Assembly: GCA_024278975.1 (NCBI GenBank)
Contig: JAJRSD010000061.1
Span: 153,320 to 217,319, forward strand
Length of the DNA: 64,000 bases
Source of the DNA: Bacteroidota bacterium
GTDB taxonomy: Bacteria > Bacteroidota > Bacteroidia > Bacteroidales > Prolixibacteraceae
Direction of reading: 5' to 3'
Notes under the pieces: model-generated
The model's database searches: none
What the model saw: the letters and a program-made list of their open reading frames with translations, nothing else
Told to the model about the DNA's origin: nothing
Shown here: piece after piece, positions 28,569-38,262 of the stretch
How the letters are laid out: the number at the start of each line of letters is the position of its first letter
How positions within the stretch are numbered: position 1 is the first letter of the stretch
Translations under genes and position numbers: made by a program

Positions 28569-30023
28569 TTACTTATTTTTTTCTACTAATTCTTCAAACC
28601 TTCTTTTTAACTTATTTTTTTTACCAGCATATTCTTCATCTTCTGCCAGATTTTGTTTCTCTTTCGGGTCGATTCCTGTGTGATACATCCACTCGTAATC
28701 CGGCTGCCGGTCGATAAACCGTGCATACTTCCAATCTTTTGTAACAACACCTTCAGAGCGGGGTAGTTTTTTATATTTAAAAGGATGTTCAAAGAGGAAA
28801 TCTGTTCGCCATGGAACATTTTGTTTATATAAAATATTCCTGATATTTTCACCCTGCATTGTTTCCGGAACGTTTACGCCGGCATAGTTCAAAATTGTAG
28901 GTGCAATATCGATATTCAAAACCATTTCATCGTTTGTTAAACCTCTCTTTTTTTCCGGCACCCGCGGGTCGTAAATAATAAGTGGTACCCGAATCGACTC
29001 TTCGTGGATATACCATTTGCCTGCCATTCCATGTTCCGCAAGATAAAAACCATTGTCGCCCATTAATATAATAATCGTGTTTTTATCTTTCCCGGTCTCT
29101 TTTAACAATTTTCTGATTCTTCCAATTTGCACATCAACACCGTAAATCAGCCGGTAATATCCGCGTAGCGAACGTTGGTATTTCTCCGGAGTATCGAACC
29201 TGATATGCCACCTGATACGCGCTTCGTTGTTAGTTCTAAAGAATTCGGGGAATGAGTTCCAGAAAGCAGAATCACCTGTTTCGGGATAAGGGAACAATTT
29301 ATCGGCATATAAATTAATATAAGTAGAATCGAATAAAAACTGATTTGGGTTGCCATCCTGAACATGTGGTGCTTTAAAACTTAGTGATAAACAAAAGGGT
29401 TGATTATCGCTTGAATTCTCGATAAAATCGAGTGCCCGGGTACCAAGTATTTTTGTAAGATGCAAGTTATTCCCCAAGCTGTCTTTGTGCCAATATTTGC
29501 CCTGCCCCGGGAAACATCCCCAATAATCGTATTTATCTTTTGGGAAATCTTTTTCGGCTCCAACTCCATATTTACCGATAAACCCAATCCGGTATCCTGC
29601 TTTTTTTAGTTGCATTGGGTAGGTAAACTGGTAGGCACTGTCGGCAAAATGTGTACTGAAGTTAACGATTTTATGCCTGCGTGCATATTGTCCGCTAAGA
29701 ATACTTGCCCTGCTTACAGCACAAATTGGGGTTGTAACAAAAGCATTTGAAAACTTTACTCCTTCGCCAGCCAGTCTGTCCATTTCCGGAGTTTTGATAT
29801 CCGGGTTTCCCATGCATCCCATTGCATCCCAGCGTTGGTCATCGGTTAAAAGAAAGATAATGTTAGGTGGTTGAGGTTTACTGTTTGTACAACTAAAAAA
29901 GAGAGGAAGTACAGCGATTAAACTAATTATGGAAATCTGTAAGATTCTCGAAGAATAAGTTCTGTCAACTCTAAAAGACTTTGAGTGAGCTGTATTGATT
30001 CTATAGTTTGTAGATAGAAACAT
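28569..30023 (-). CDS. S1 sulfatase (Cys-type), lipoprotein
   Basis: PNIIFLLTDDQ, TPICAVSRASILSG, GKY, DNG, EESIRVP; exact start uncertain. Confidence 0.9.
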   Translation of the reverse strand: MFLSTNYRINTAHSKSFRVDRTYSSRILQISIISLIAVLPLFFSCTNSKPQPPNIIFLLTDDQRWDAMGCMGNPDIKTPEMDRLAGEGVKFSNAFVTTPICAVSRASILSGQYARRHKIVNFSTHFADSAYQFTYPMQLKKAGYRIGFIGKYGVGAEKDFPKDKYDYWGCFPGQGKYWHKDSLGNNLHLTKILGTRALDFIENSSDNQPFCLSLSFKAPHVQDGNPNQFLFDSTYINLYADKLFPYPETGDSAFWNSFPEFFRTNNEARIRWHIRFDTPEKYQRSLRGYYRLIYGVDVQIGRIRKLLKETGKDKNTIIILMGDNGFYLAEHGMAGKWYIHEESIRVPLIIYDPRVPEKKRGLTNDEMVLNIDIAPTILNYAGVNVPETMQGENIRNILYKQNVPWRTDFLFEHPFKYKKLPRSEGVVTKDWKYARFIDRQPDYEWMYHTGIDPKEKQNLAEDEEYAGKKNKLKRRFEELVEKNK

Positions 30024-30187
30024 CTTATTATTGTTAGGTTTAATTTGTAATTATAAAGATATTACTTTTTTCTTTTGAAAAGCAGTTTTTAAAATAAAAC
30101 GTTAATTATTAATTTTCATAAAAACATATTGTAAATTGCAACTCAGTAAAAATATGAATTAACAATAAATAGTACTTGGAATTTTTT

Positions 30188-30239
30188 ACCGTTCGTTGTA
30201 AAATACAGTCCATCCATTTGTTAAAATCAACCGTTCACT
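30188..30239 (+). promoter_or_regulatory. Triple direct repeat with 21-bp period (LytTR-type operator) upstream of the LytTR gene
   Basis: ACCGTTCGTT (30188), TCCATCCATT (30209), ACCGTTCACT (30230); TACCTTTG -7 element at 30270-30277. Confidence 0.65.
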
Positions 30240-30282
30240 CAGTAATTGAAGGAAATATTATATAAATTATACCTTTGCTAGT

Positions 30283-31077
30283 ATGAGACGTTATAATGCC
30301 ATAATAATTGATGATGAGATTAATTTACAACAAACGCTTGAGATTCTTATTCATCAAAATTGTCCCGAAATTCAATTATGTGGCAAAGCAAATTCTGCTA
30401 AAGCCGGGAGACAACTTTTAAGGAATAACAAGGTAGATTTAATTTTTCTGGATATTTCGATGCCAATAGAAAGTGGATTCGATTTTATCGCTTCAATTCC
30501 GAAAGAAAATTATTCGGTTATTTTTACAACTGCGTACGAAGAGTACGCCCTAAAAGCAATAAAAGCAAATGCAATAGATTATTTGTTAAAGCCAATAAAC
30601 CCGGTGGAGTTGCAAGATGCAGTTATAAAAGCCATATCTCTTATTAATTTACGAAGTCAGAAAGAAGACTTACAAAAAATTTACAACGAATCGCTTAATA
30701 ATCTGACGCAACAAATACAAAGTGGCAATCAGCAAATATCCAAAATTACGGTTGTTGAAAAACTTGGATTCCGTATTGTTGAGCTAAATTCAATTAGATA
30801 TTTTGAGGCAGATGGTAACTATACGATTATACATCTATCGGGATTTGAGAAAATTGTTTCGAGCAAATGGTTGGGCGAATACGAGAAGATTTTAGACCCT
30901 GAAATATTTTTTAGAATACATAAGTCTACAATTATTAACTTGGATTTTTTAAAAGGATTTTCAAGCTACCAGGGATATTTTGTTATCTTAGACGACAATA
31001 CTAAACTACCAATTTCGCGAAGGCGATTTAATGAATTCAAAGACGTGGTTGGGACGCTCTCAAAATCTATTGATTAG
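30283..31077 (+). CDS. LytTR-family response regulator
   Basis: REC domain (IIDDE, FLDISMP, FTTAY, YLLKP) plus LytTR domain (FEADGNYT, FFRIHKSTIIN, LPISRRR). Confidence 0.92.
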   Translation: MRRYNAIIIDDEINLQQTLEILIHQNCPEIQLCGKANSAKAGRQLLRNNKVDLIFLDISMPIESGFDFIASIPKENYSVIFTTAYEEYALKAIKANAIDYLLKPINPVELQDAVIKAISLINLRSQKEDLQKIYNESLNNLTQQIQSGNQQISKITVVEKLGFRIVELNSIRYFEADGNYTIIHLSGFEKIVSSKWLGEYEKILDPEIFFRIHKSTIINLDFLKGFSSYQGYFVILDDNTKLPISRRRFNEFKDVVGTLSKSID

Positions 31078-33983
31078 TGAAAATTTACTACATAATAATT
31101 TCTTTTCTAGTTTTGTCGCTCCAAACTGTGGTAGCACAAAATCCGTTTATTACAAACTATACAATTGCCGATGGTTTGCCGTCGAATAAAATATACTGTT
31201 CTTTTTTAGACAAAAGTGGCTTTATGTGGTTTGGAACCGATGTTGGCGTAGTTAGGTTTGATGGAAGCAACTTTGTAAACTATACAAAAGAGGATGGTCT
31301 TAGTGGCGATTTAGTAGTGAGGATGAAAGAAGATTTTGAAGGAAGACTGTGGTTCTTAAACCTAAATGGAACAATTAATTATTTTTATGAGAATACAATA
31401 TTCAATGCAATAAATGCTCCATTTTTAGGTGAACTGAAAACCAATGTTTTTATTCATGATTTTTTTCAGGACGAAGATTCTACATTGTATTTTTATAACT
31501 CGGTATCAGAAGTATTTGTGGTAAAAAATAATGAACTGATTGATTACCGAAATTTCAATTTGAACAATAGAAATGACATTGCGCTATACTATTTTTCTAA
31601 AACATTAGATGATAATTTTCGATTGTGGACCGCACCTGGTATATATGAATTTAATGAATTTGATGATGCAATAAAGCTTCATAAACATTCATTTCTGTCA
31701 CAAAAAGTCTTAAGAAAAAATGAAAATGAAACTTATGTATTGGGGCAATTCGGATATTTAAATTTATTTAATGGGTCAAAGATTTACGAAAAAAATATCC
31801 TTAAATTAGAAACTCAACTTATTCATTCTATCCTTGAAGATGAAGATGGTTTTATGTGGATTTCGACATTCGACAAAGGAATTTATTGTTATAAAGGCGA
31901 TAGTGTTGTTTTACATTTCGATATTCCTAAAACTCAGAATTTAATAATTGATAATGAAAATAATATTTGGGTAGTTTCAAATGTCGATGGAATATATAAA
32001 ATAAGCAGAGATATTCTTAAATATAAGTTCCTTGGCAAACACGAATTTAGTGGAGAAGGAATTACCGATTTAGCCTTTTCAAATCAAGAAGGAATTTGGG
32101 CAACTAATGGCAAATCATTATATTATATACTCGATAATCAAAGTTCATATCCGCCAGTTGTACTTAGAGGAAGCATTATTGATAATATACACCAATTAAA
32201 AAATAATACAATTATTTTAAGTGGAACAAGTACAAATTTGTTTATTATTGAAAATGTAAATGTAAAAAGTAGTACAATAGATTACAATATTATAGGGGGA
32301 CTCAATTTCAGGGTAAATAGAGTTGCTATTGATTCAAGTGAAGAGTTTCTATATTCAAATATTAGCGATAAATTGTTTGTTACTGAATTAAAAAGACCAT
32401 ATAGAACAAGAACCAAAAATATAAATAGAGGGCGGATAAACAATATATTCTTCAACAGAAAAGATAACCTAATAATTAATGCTGCAAATAATTATTGCTA
32501 CACAGACTCGTTAAAATTTGCCCAGCTATATAAATTACTCGAAGGACAAATTATTTCGTCGCATATAGTTATTAATAACGAGAACGAGCTAATTAACGTA
32601 AAGAGGAATAAGCTATATTTGTTAAACAACGAAAAATTATACGATTTAACAAAACAGTTTAAATCTCAAATAGATTATCGAATTAAAGATATGATATACA
32701 ATGGCTCAATCCTGTTCTTTTTCACCATAAAAACTGTCTATTTTATTTCCAATCCATTAAAAATAATATCGGGTGAACCGCTTGAGCTAAACCGCTTAAA
32801 TATTGAGTTTAATAATATAAACGATCTGTATTGTCAGGACAGTACCCTTTTTGTTGCTTCTGATGATGGTATTACCTTTATTCCGGTTAAAGAGTGTGTA
32901 AACATCGGAGTTCACCCTCCAAAACCCTATTTTTACAGGGTATCTCTTGATGATGAGAATTATGATATTTCTTCGGGAATTGTTGAGTTTAAAAGCCGGA
33001 AGAGATTAAGCATTGAATTTTCGAGCTTAAATTTCTCTTCAATTCCCTCAAACTACTCGTATATGCTGGAGGGTATTGACAATAACTGGATAAATGGAAA
33101 TGAAAAAAGAGTAGTGTATTTAAATCTTGAGCCTGGCAATTATTCCTTCAAATTAAAATCTCGGACAAACAGAGAAGAGTACAGCAATGTTATTGAGTTG
33201 CCCGTTATTGTTAAACCAACAATTTTCCAGCGTATAATTACTAAAGTAATACTTGTTTTATTATTACTCCTTTTGATATCTTTAATTATCCACTTCAGAT
33301 ATCAACGAAAAATTAAACAAAAAGAGACCGAGCATTTACTTATAACGCTTGAAAACAAGGCTTTACAGTCGATGATGAATCCACACTTTATTTTTAACGC
33401 ACTTGGTTCAATTCAAGGGTTTTTACTGCAAAACAGGTCTGTTGAAGCTGGAACTTATTTGTCTCAGTTTGCCCGGTTAATAAGGCAAAATATGAACTCG
33501 CTAAAATCAAACTTTATTTGTATTGATGACGAGGTTGATCGACTGAGAAATTATATTGAACTAGAAAGATTGCGGATGAACGATAAATTCACATATCAGA
33601 TAGAAGTTGATGAGCAAATCGACAGTTATGAAGTGTGTATCCCATCAATGGTTGTTCAACCTTTTGTTGAAAACGCAATATGGCATGGTATTTCTTCGAT
33701 TGATGAAGGAGGACTGATTAAAATTATTTTTAATGGCATTGATGAAAATAGTATTGAGGTTTTAGTAGAAGATAATGGTATTGGTATTAAAGACACTGAA
33801 ACATTTTCTGAATCGGGGAGTGGATTAAATATGGGAATTGCCTTAACCAAAAAAAGACTAAAATTAATTGGCGACCGACTGGGTATTAAGTCTGAAGTAT
33901 CATCAAAAAATCTTAATCCGGGAACAATTCAGACGGGAACTCAAATTAGAATTATAATTCCAATTGTTGATGATACCATATAA
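31077..33983 (+). CDS. LytS-type sensor histidine kinase with periplasmic beta-propeller and Y_Y_Y domain
   Basis: Reg_prop repeats (DGLPSN, MWFGTDVG), YSYMLEG..W, TM, LQSMMNPHFIFNAL, QPFVENAIWHG, EDNGIG. Confidence 0.9.
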   Translation: MKIYYIIISFLVLSLQTVVAQNPFITNYTIADGLPSNKIYCSFLDKSGFMWFGTDVGVVRFDGSNFVNYTKEDGLSGDLVVRMKEDFEGRLWFLNLNGTINYFYENTIFNAINAPFLGELKTNVFIHDFFQDEDSTLYFYNSVSEVFVVKNNELIDYRNFNLNNRNDIALYYFSKTLDDNFRLWTAPGIYEFNEFDDAIKLHKHSFLSQKVLRKNENETYVLGQFGYLNLFNGSKIYEKNILKLETQLIHSILEDEDGFMWISTFDKGIYCYKGDSVVLHFDIPKTQNLIIDNENNIWVVSNVDGIYKISRDILKYKFLGKHEFSGEGITDLAFSNQEGIWATNGKSLYYILDNQSSYPPVVLRGSIIDNIHQLKNNTIILSGTSTNLFIIENVNVKSSTIDYNIIGGLNFRVNRVAIDSSEEFLYSNISDKLFVTELKRPYRTRTKNINRGRINNIFFNRKDNLIINAANNYCYTDSLKFAQLYKLLEGQIISSHIVINNENELINVKRNKLYLLNNEKLYDLTKQFKSQIDYRIKDMIYNGSILFFFTIKTVYFISNPLKIISGEPLELNRLNIEFNNINDLYCQDSTLFVASDDGITFIPVKECVNIGVHPPKPYFYRVSLDDENYDISSGIVEFKSRKRLSIEFSSLNFSSIPSNYSYMLEGIDNNWINGNEKRVVYLNLEPGNYSFKLKSRTNREEYSNVIELPVIVKPTIFQRIITKVILVLLLLLLISLIIHFRYQRKIKQKETEHLLITLENKALQSMMNPHFIFNALGSIQGFLLQNRSVEAGTYLSQFARLIRQNMNSLKSNFICIDDEVDRLRNYIELERLRMNDKFTYQIEVDEQIDSYEVCIPSMVVQPFVENAIWHGISSIDEGGLIKIIFNGIDENSIEVLVEDNGIGIKDTETFSESGSGLNMGIALTKKRLKLIGDRLGIKSEVSSKNLNPGTIQTGTQIRIIIPIVDDTI

Positions 33984-34010
33984 TTTGCTGAATTTAAAGT
34001 ATCCACGAAA

Positions 34011-34062
34011 ACCGTTTACTAAATAAAAGTTACCACTTATACAAAAATCTTTACCATTCAAT
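34011..34062 (+). promoter_or_regulatory. Second triple direct repeat with 21-bp period downstream of the kinase
   Basis: ACCGTTTACT (34011), ACCACTTATA (34032), ACCATTCAAT (34053); near-consensus -7 TATCATTG at 34094-34101. Confidence 0.65.
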
Positions 34063-34347
34063 AATATTAAAAAAATGAGATATATTTTCTTCTTATCATT
34101 GCTCTCATAAGTAAGTTCTTTGTTTGCTGTTTTACTCTGATTAGAAAATGACTTTTTTATTAGTTGGATATTAAGATATATTTCCCCAATAATTTAGTTC
34201 CTAATATTTGTGCTTAACTTTCAAACAAGTCTCAACTGGTTGCTGTTTCCATATTTTTCGTCCTCCTTTAAAAAAATAGAAAATAATAAATGGTAATTAA
34301 AAGCAAATAAACACGCACAGCACAGATAAAGGAAATTTGAGATTCTC

Positions 34348-34382
34348 AAGGCCGGTTTCATAACGAAACCGGCTTTTTATTT
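34348..34382 (+). terminator. Strong Rho-independent terminator with no ORF upstream
   Basis: GCCGGTTTC-ATAAC-GAAACCGGC-TTTTT. Confidence 0.75.
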
Positions 34383-34502
34383 GCCTTAACGGAAGGGGAA
34401 GGGGCGAAGCAAAAGGGTAAAAGCAAAATCCCGAAACGTAACACCAAATTTTCATCTTTGTTAAAGTTTTGTACATTTGAGATGTAAGAACAAAAATAAT
34501 TT

Positions 34503-35759
34503 GTGACTCAAATTCAAATAAATAAGAAAAAAATCATCAACGACCCTGTTTTTGGTTTTATTAATCTACAATCCGAATTAATTTTCGATTTAGTTGAACA
34601 CCCAATATTTCAACGACTTAGAAGAATTAAGCAGTTAGGATTATCGTATTTAGTATTTCCCGGTGCTAATCATTCTCGTTTTGAACATGCCATTGGAGCA
34701 AGTCATTTAATGAGGCAAGCCATTTCTGTTTTGCGGTTAAAAAATACTGAGATTTCGGATGAAGAGGCGGAAGCAGTTACTGTTGCAATTTTATTGCACG
34801 ATATTGGACACGCTCCATTTTCGCATGTACTCGAAAATACTTTGGTTGAAATTTCGCACGAAGAAATCTCGCTACTACTAATGAATGAATTGAACGAACA
34901 GTTTAGCGGCAAGTTAGATTTAGCCATTAAAATATTTACGAATAAATATAAAAAGCAATTTTTGCACCAACTGGTATCCAGCCAATTAGATATGGACAGG
35001 CTGGATTATTTAAGCCGCGACAGTTTTTTTACCGGCGTGGCAGAAGGAACTGTTGGAGTTGAACGTATTATTAAAATGCTAAATGTTCGGAACGACCAAC
35101 TTGTGGTTGATATAAAAGGAATTTATTCAATCGAAAAATTCCTTATCTCGCGACGATTAATGTACTGGCAGGTTTATCTGCACAAAACAGTTGTTTCGGC
35201 AGAATATCTTTTAATTAATGTTTTAAAGCGGGCAAAAGAATTGGTTGCAGCAGGCTCTCCCGTTTTTGCGACTCCAACTCTCACTATTTTCATGAAAAAC
35301 AGTTTTTCATCCGACAATTTCAAAAAAAATATTTTAATTGATGGTATAAATATTCTTGACTGGTACTCGTTACTTGATGACAACGATATTTTAATTTCGG
35401 TAAAAGAGTGGCAAAATAATGCTGATATGACACTCTCCACTTTGGCTAAGAATTTAATAAATAGAAGATTATTTAAAACTACACTGCAAACAAAACCGGT
35501 TTCGAAATTGTTAACAAAAGAAATTATAGAGAAAATAACGCTGCAAATAACAAATGATAAAACATTATCAGGATATTTTTTAATGACAGGTGAGGTTACA
35601 AACAGTGCATACAACTACCACAACGAGAATATTATGGTATTAGATAAAAACGAAAAATTAACAGATATCCGTAAAGCATCGGATATTGATTTGTCGGTAT
35701 TTACCAAAATAGTTCGTAAGTATTATTTGTGTTATCCGAAGGAATTGGACATTAATTAG
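34503..35759 (+). CDS. HD-domain phosphohydrolase (dNTP triphosphohydrolase-like)
   Basis: INDPVFG, QRLRRIKQLG, HSRFEH, LLHDIGH, LDMDRLDY, RRLMYWQVYLHK. Confidence 0.88.
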   Translation: MTQIQINKKKIINDPVFGFINLQSELIFDLVEHPIFQRLRRIKQLGLSYLVFPGANHSRFEHAIGASHLMRQAISVLRLKNTEISDEEAEAVTVAILLHDIGHAPFSHVLENTLVEISHEEISLLLMNELNEQFSGKLDLAIKIFTNKYKKQFLHQLVSSQLDMDRLDYLSRDSFFTGVAEGTVGVERIIKMLNVRNDQLVVDIKGIYSIEKFLISRRLMYWQVYLHKTVVSAEYLLINVLKRAKELVAAGSPVFATPTLTIFMKNSFSSDNFKKNILIDGINILDWYSLLDDNDILISVKEWQNNADMTLSTLAKNLINRRLFKTTLQTKPVSKLLTKEIIEKITLQITNDKTLSGYFLMTGEVTNSAYNYHNENIMVLDKNEKLTDIRKASDIDLSVFTKIVRKYYLCYPKELDIN

Positions 35760-35767
35760 TTTAAAAC

Positions 35768-35775
35768 TATATTTG
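35768..35775 (+). promoter_or_regulatory. Bacteroidota -7 promoter element for lpxD
   Basis: TATATTTG about 20 nt upstream of ATG 35795. Confidence 0.5.
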
Positions 35776-35794
35776 CAACGCAAAAAAACAGATA

Positions 35795-36832
35795 ATGGAT
35801 TTTAAAGCTACTGATATTGCAGAATTTTTGAATGGCGAAGTTGTTGGTAATGGGGATGTTAAAGTGTCTGATGTTTCTAAAATAGAAGAAGGTAAACCAG
35901 GAACATTAACATTTCTTTCAAATATGAAATATGAAAGTTTTATCTATAAAACCGAAGCTTCGATAGTTTTGGTCAACAGAGATTTTGTTCCTAAAACAAA
36001 AATAAATGCAACTTTAATTAAAGTAGACAATGCATATCAGGCACTGGCTACACTTCTCGATTTATACGAGCAGACAAAAATATCAACTAAAACCGGTATT
36101 GAACAACCAAGTTTTATTGACGAAAGTTCGATATTTGGTGAAGATATTTATGTTGGTGCATTTGCTTATGTTGGCAAAAACTGCAAAATAGGTAAAAATG
36201 TAAAGTTATATCCACAAGTTTATATTGGAGATAACATAACTATTGGCGATAATTGTATATTGTATTCAGGATCCAAAATATACCACGATTCAGTAATTGG
36301 CAACCGTTGTATAATACATGCAGGTGCAGTTATTGGTGCCGATGGATTTGGCTTTGCACCTCAAGATGATGGAACTTTCAAGAAAATACCACAAATTGGG
36401 AATACTATTATAGAAGATGATGTTGATATTGGAGCAAATAGTACAATCGATCGCGGTACAATGGGCTCAACTATAATAAGAAAAGGAGCTAAAATTGATA
36501 ATCTAGTTCAGATTGCACATAATTGTGATATTGGTGAAAATACTGTTATTGCTGCTCAAAGTGGATTTGCAGGCTCAACAAGAGTAGGCAAAAACTGTAA
36601 ATTTGGTGGGCAAATCGGATTAGCGGGGCATCTTACAATTGGAGATAATGTTATGTTTGGAGCACAATCAGGAATTTCGCAAAACGTAAAAGATAACGAA
36701 GTCTTGCTTGGTAGCCCTGCAATCCCAATTAAAGATGCAATAAGGTCGATTACTGTTCATAAAAACTTACCAACACTTCAACGAGATGTTACCAGACTTA
36801 AAAGAGAGATTGAAGAGATTAAAAATAGATAA
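35795..36832 (+). CDS. lpxD: UDP-3-O-(3-hydroxyacyl)glucosamine N-acyltransferase
   Basis: Hexapeptide repeats, [28 protein letters not shown]. Confidence 0.95.
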   Translation: MDFKATDIAEFLNGEVVGNGDVKVSDVSKIEEGKPGTLTFLSNMKYESFIYKTEASIVLVNRDFVPKTKINATLIKVDNAYQALATLLDLYEQTKISTKTGIEQPSFIDESSIFGEDIYVGAFAYVGKNCKIGKNVKLYPQVYIGDNITIGDNCILYSGSKIYHDSVIGNRCIIHAGAVIGADGFGFAPQDDGTFKKIPQIGNTIIEDDVDIGANSTIDRGTMGSTIIRKGAKIDNLVQIAHNCDIGENTVIAAQSGFAGSTRVGKNCKFGGQIGLAGHLTIGDNVMFGAQSGISQNVKDNEVLLGSPAIPIKDAIRSITVHKNLPTLQRDVTRLKREIEEIKNR

Positions 36833-36857
36833 CAATTATCATAATTAAAAAGATAAT

Positions 36858-38252
36858 ATGGTTGTTAAACAAAAAACGTTAGCAAATTCGTTTATAATAG
36901 AAGGAAAAGGTTTACACACCGGTGCAAATGTTACAATGAATTTTCTACCTGCACCCGAAAACCATGGTTTTAAATTTAAACGAGTTGACCTAGAAAACCA
37001 ACCAATAATAGATGCAGATGTTGATTTGGTAATTGATACATCGAGAGGTACTTTGTTAGAACAAAACGGAGTGCGGATTGGCACCATCGAACACACTTTG
37101 GCTGCTCTTATTGGAATGGATCTCGATAATGTATTAATAGAGGTAAACAACGAAGAGGCTCCAATAATTGATGGCAGCTCGTTATTTTTTGTAAATGCCA
37201 TCGAGAAAGCCGGAATTGTTGAGCAAAATACAGAACGTGAATATTTCGAAATAACAGAGAAAATTCAGATTAACGACGAAAAATCAGGTGCCGAAATTAT
37301 TGCCTTACCAGACGATGACTACCGATTAAATGTAATGATTTCGTTTAAATCGGAAGTGTTAAATAATCAGTTTGCAACTTTAGAATCAATAAGTAAATTT
37401 AAAGATGAAGTTGCCAATTGCCGTACATTTGTTTTCCTGCATGAGTTGGAATTTTTATTGAATAACAACCTAATTAAAGGTGGCGATCTCGACAATGCCA
37501 TTGTTATTGTTGATAAGGAAATATCGAGAGAAGAGTTAGACCGATTAGCAGATCTTTTTGCACATGAGCGTGTTGAGGTAAGACCTAAACAAGGAATATT
37601 TAACAATTTAGAATTACATTTCGATAACGAATGTGCACGGCATAAACTTTTAGATGTTATCGGAGATCTTGCACTTTGTGGCAAACATATAAAAGGGCGG
37701 ATAATTGCTACAAAACCGGGACACAGACCAAATACAATATTTGCAAAAGCATTAAAAAAGGCTTATAAAAAATCGGTCGAAGGGGCTCCTAAAATAGACC
37801 CGAATGCAGTTCCCGTTATGGATATTAACAAAATTAGAGAATTGCTACCACATCGTTATCCATTTTTAATGGTAGATAAAATTGTATCTATAAATGGAAA
37901 TGAAATTATAGGAGTAAAAAATGTTTCGGTTAATGAGTCATTTTTTCAGGGACACTTCCCTGAGGAACCAGTTATGCCGGGTGTAATGATAGTTGAAGCA
38001 ATGGTACAAACCGGTGGATTGTTAGTATTAAACAGTCTTGAAGGTAAATTCTCAACCTATTTTATTAGAATTGATAATGTTAAATTCAGAAAAAAAGTAG
38101 TTCCTGGGGATACACTCATTTTCAAATTAAAGTTAACTTCGCCGATAAGAAGAGGAATTGCCAATATGAGAGGTGTAACTTATATTGGAGATAAAGTAGT
38201 TGCAGAGGGCAATTTTATGGCACAAATAGTTAAACAATCAGAAAATAACTAA
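36858..38252 (+). CDS. lpxC/fabZ: Bifunctional LpxC/FabZ
   Basis: GKGLHTG, TIEH, HKLLDVIGD (LpxC); LPHRYPFLMVD, FFQGHFP..PVMPGV..E (FabZ). Confidence 0.95.
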   Translation: MVVKQKTLANSFIIEGKGLHTGANVTMNFLPAPENHGFKFKRVDLENQPIIDADVDLVIDTSRGTLLEQNGVRIGTIEHTLAALIGMDLDNVLIEVNNEEAPIIDGSSLFFVNAIEKAGIVEQNTEREYFEITEKIQINDEKSGAEIIALPDDDYRLNVMISFKSEVLNNQFATLESISKFKDEVANCRTFVFLHELEFLLNNNLIKGGDLDNAIVIVDKEISREELDRLADLFAHERVEVRPKQGIFNNLELHFDNECARHKLLDVIGDLALCGKHIKGRIIATKPGHRPNTIFAKALKKAYKKSVEGAPKIDPNAVPVMDINKIRELLPHRYPFLMVDKIVSINGNEIIGVKNVSVNESFFQGHFPEEPVMPGVMIVEAMVQTGGLLVLNSLEGKFSTYFIRIDNVKFRKKVVPGDTLIFKLKLTSPIRRGIANMRGVTYIGDKVVAEGNFMAQIVKQSENN

Positions 38253-38262
38253 AAGACGAATA

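Noticed and set aside
34232-34267. Perfect AGGAGG Shine-Dalgarno 9 nt before a minus-strand ATG (METATS*)
   Set aside because: Only six codons, SD use is rare in Bacteroidota, and no continuation looks protein-like; probably chance, though it lies within the candidate sRNA region.
34280-34382. Amino-acid attenuator leader peptide before the terminator
   Set aside because: The His-containing frame (KANKHAQHR*) has no start codon, MVIKSK* has no control codons, and no biosynthetic operon follows.
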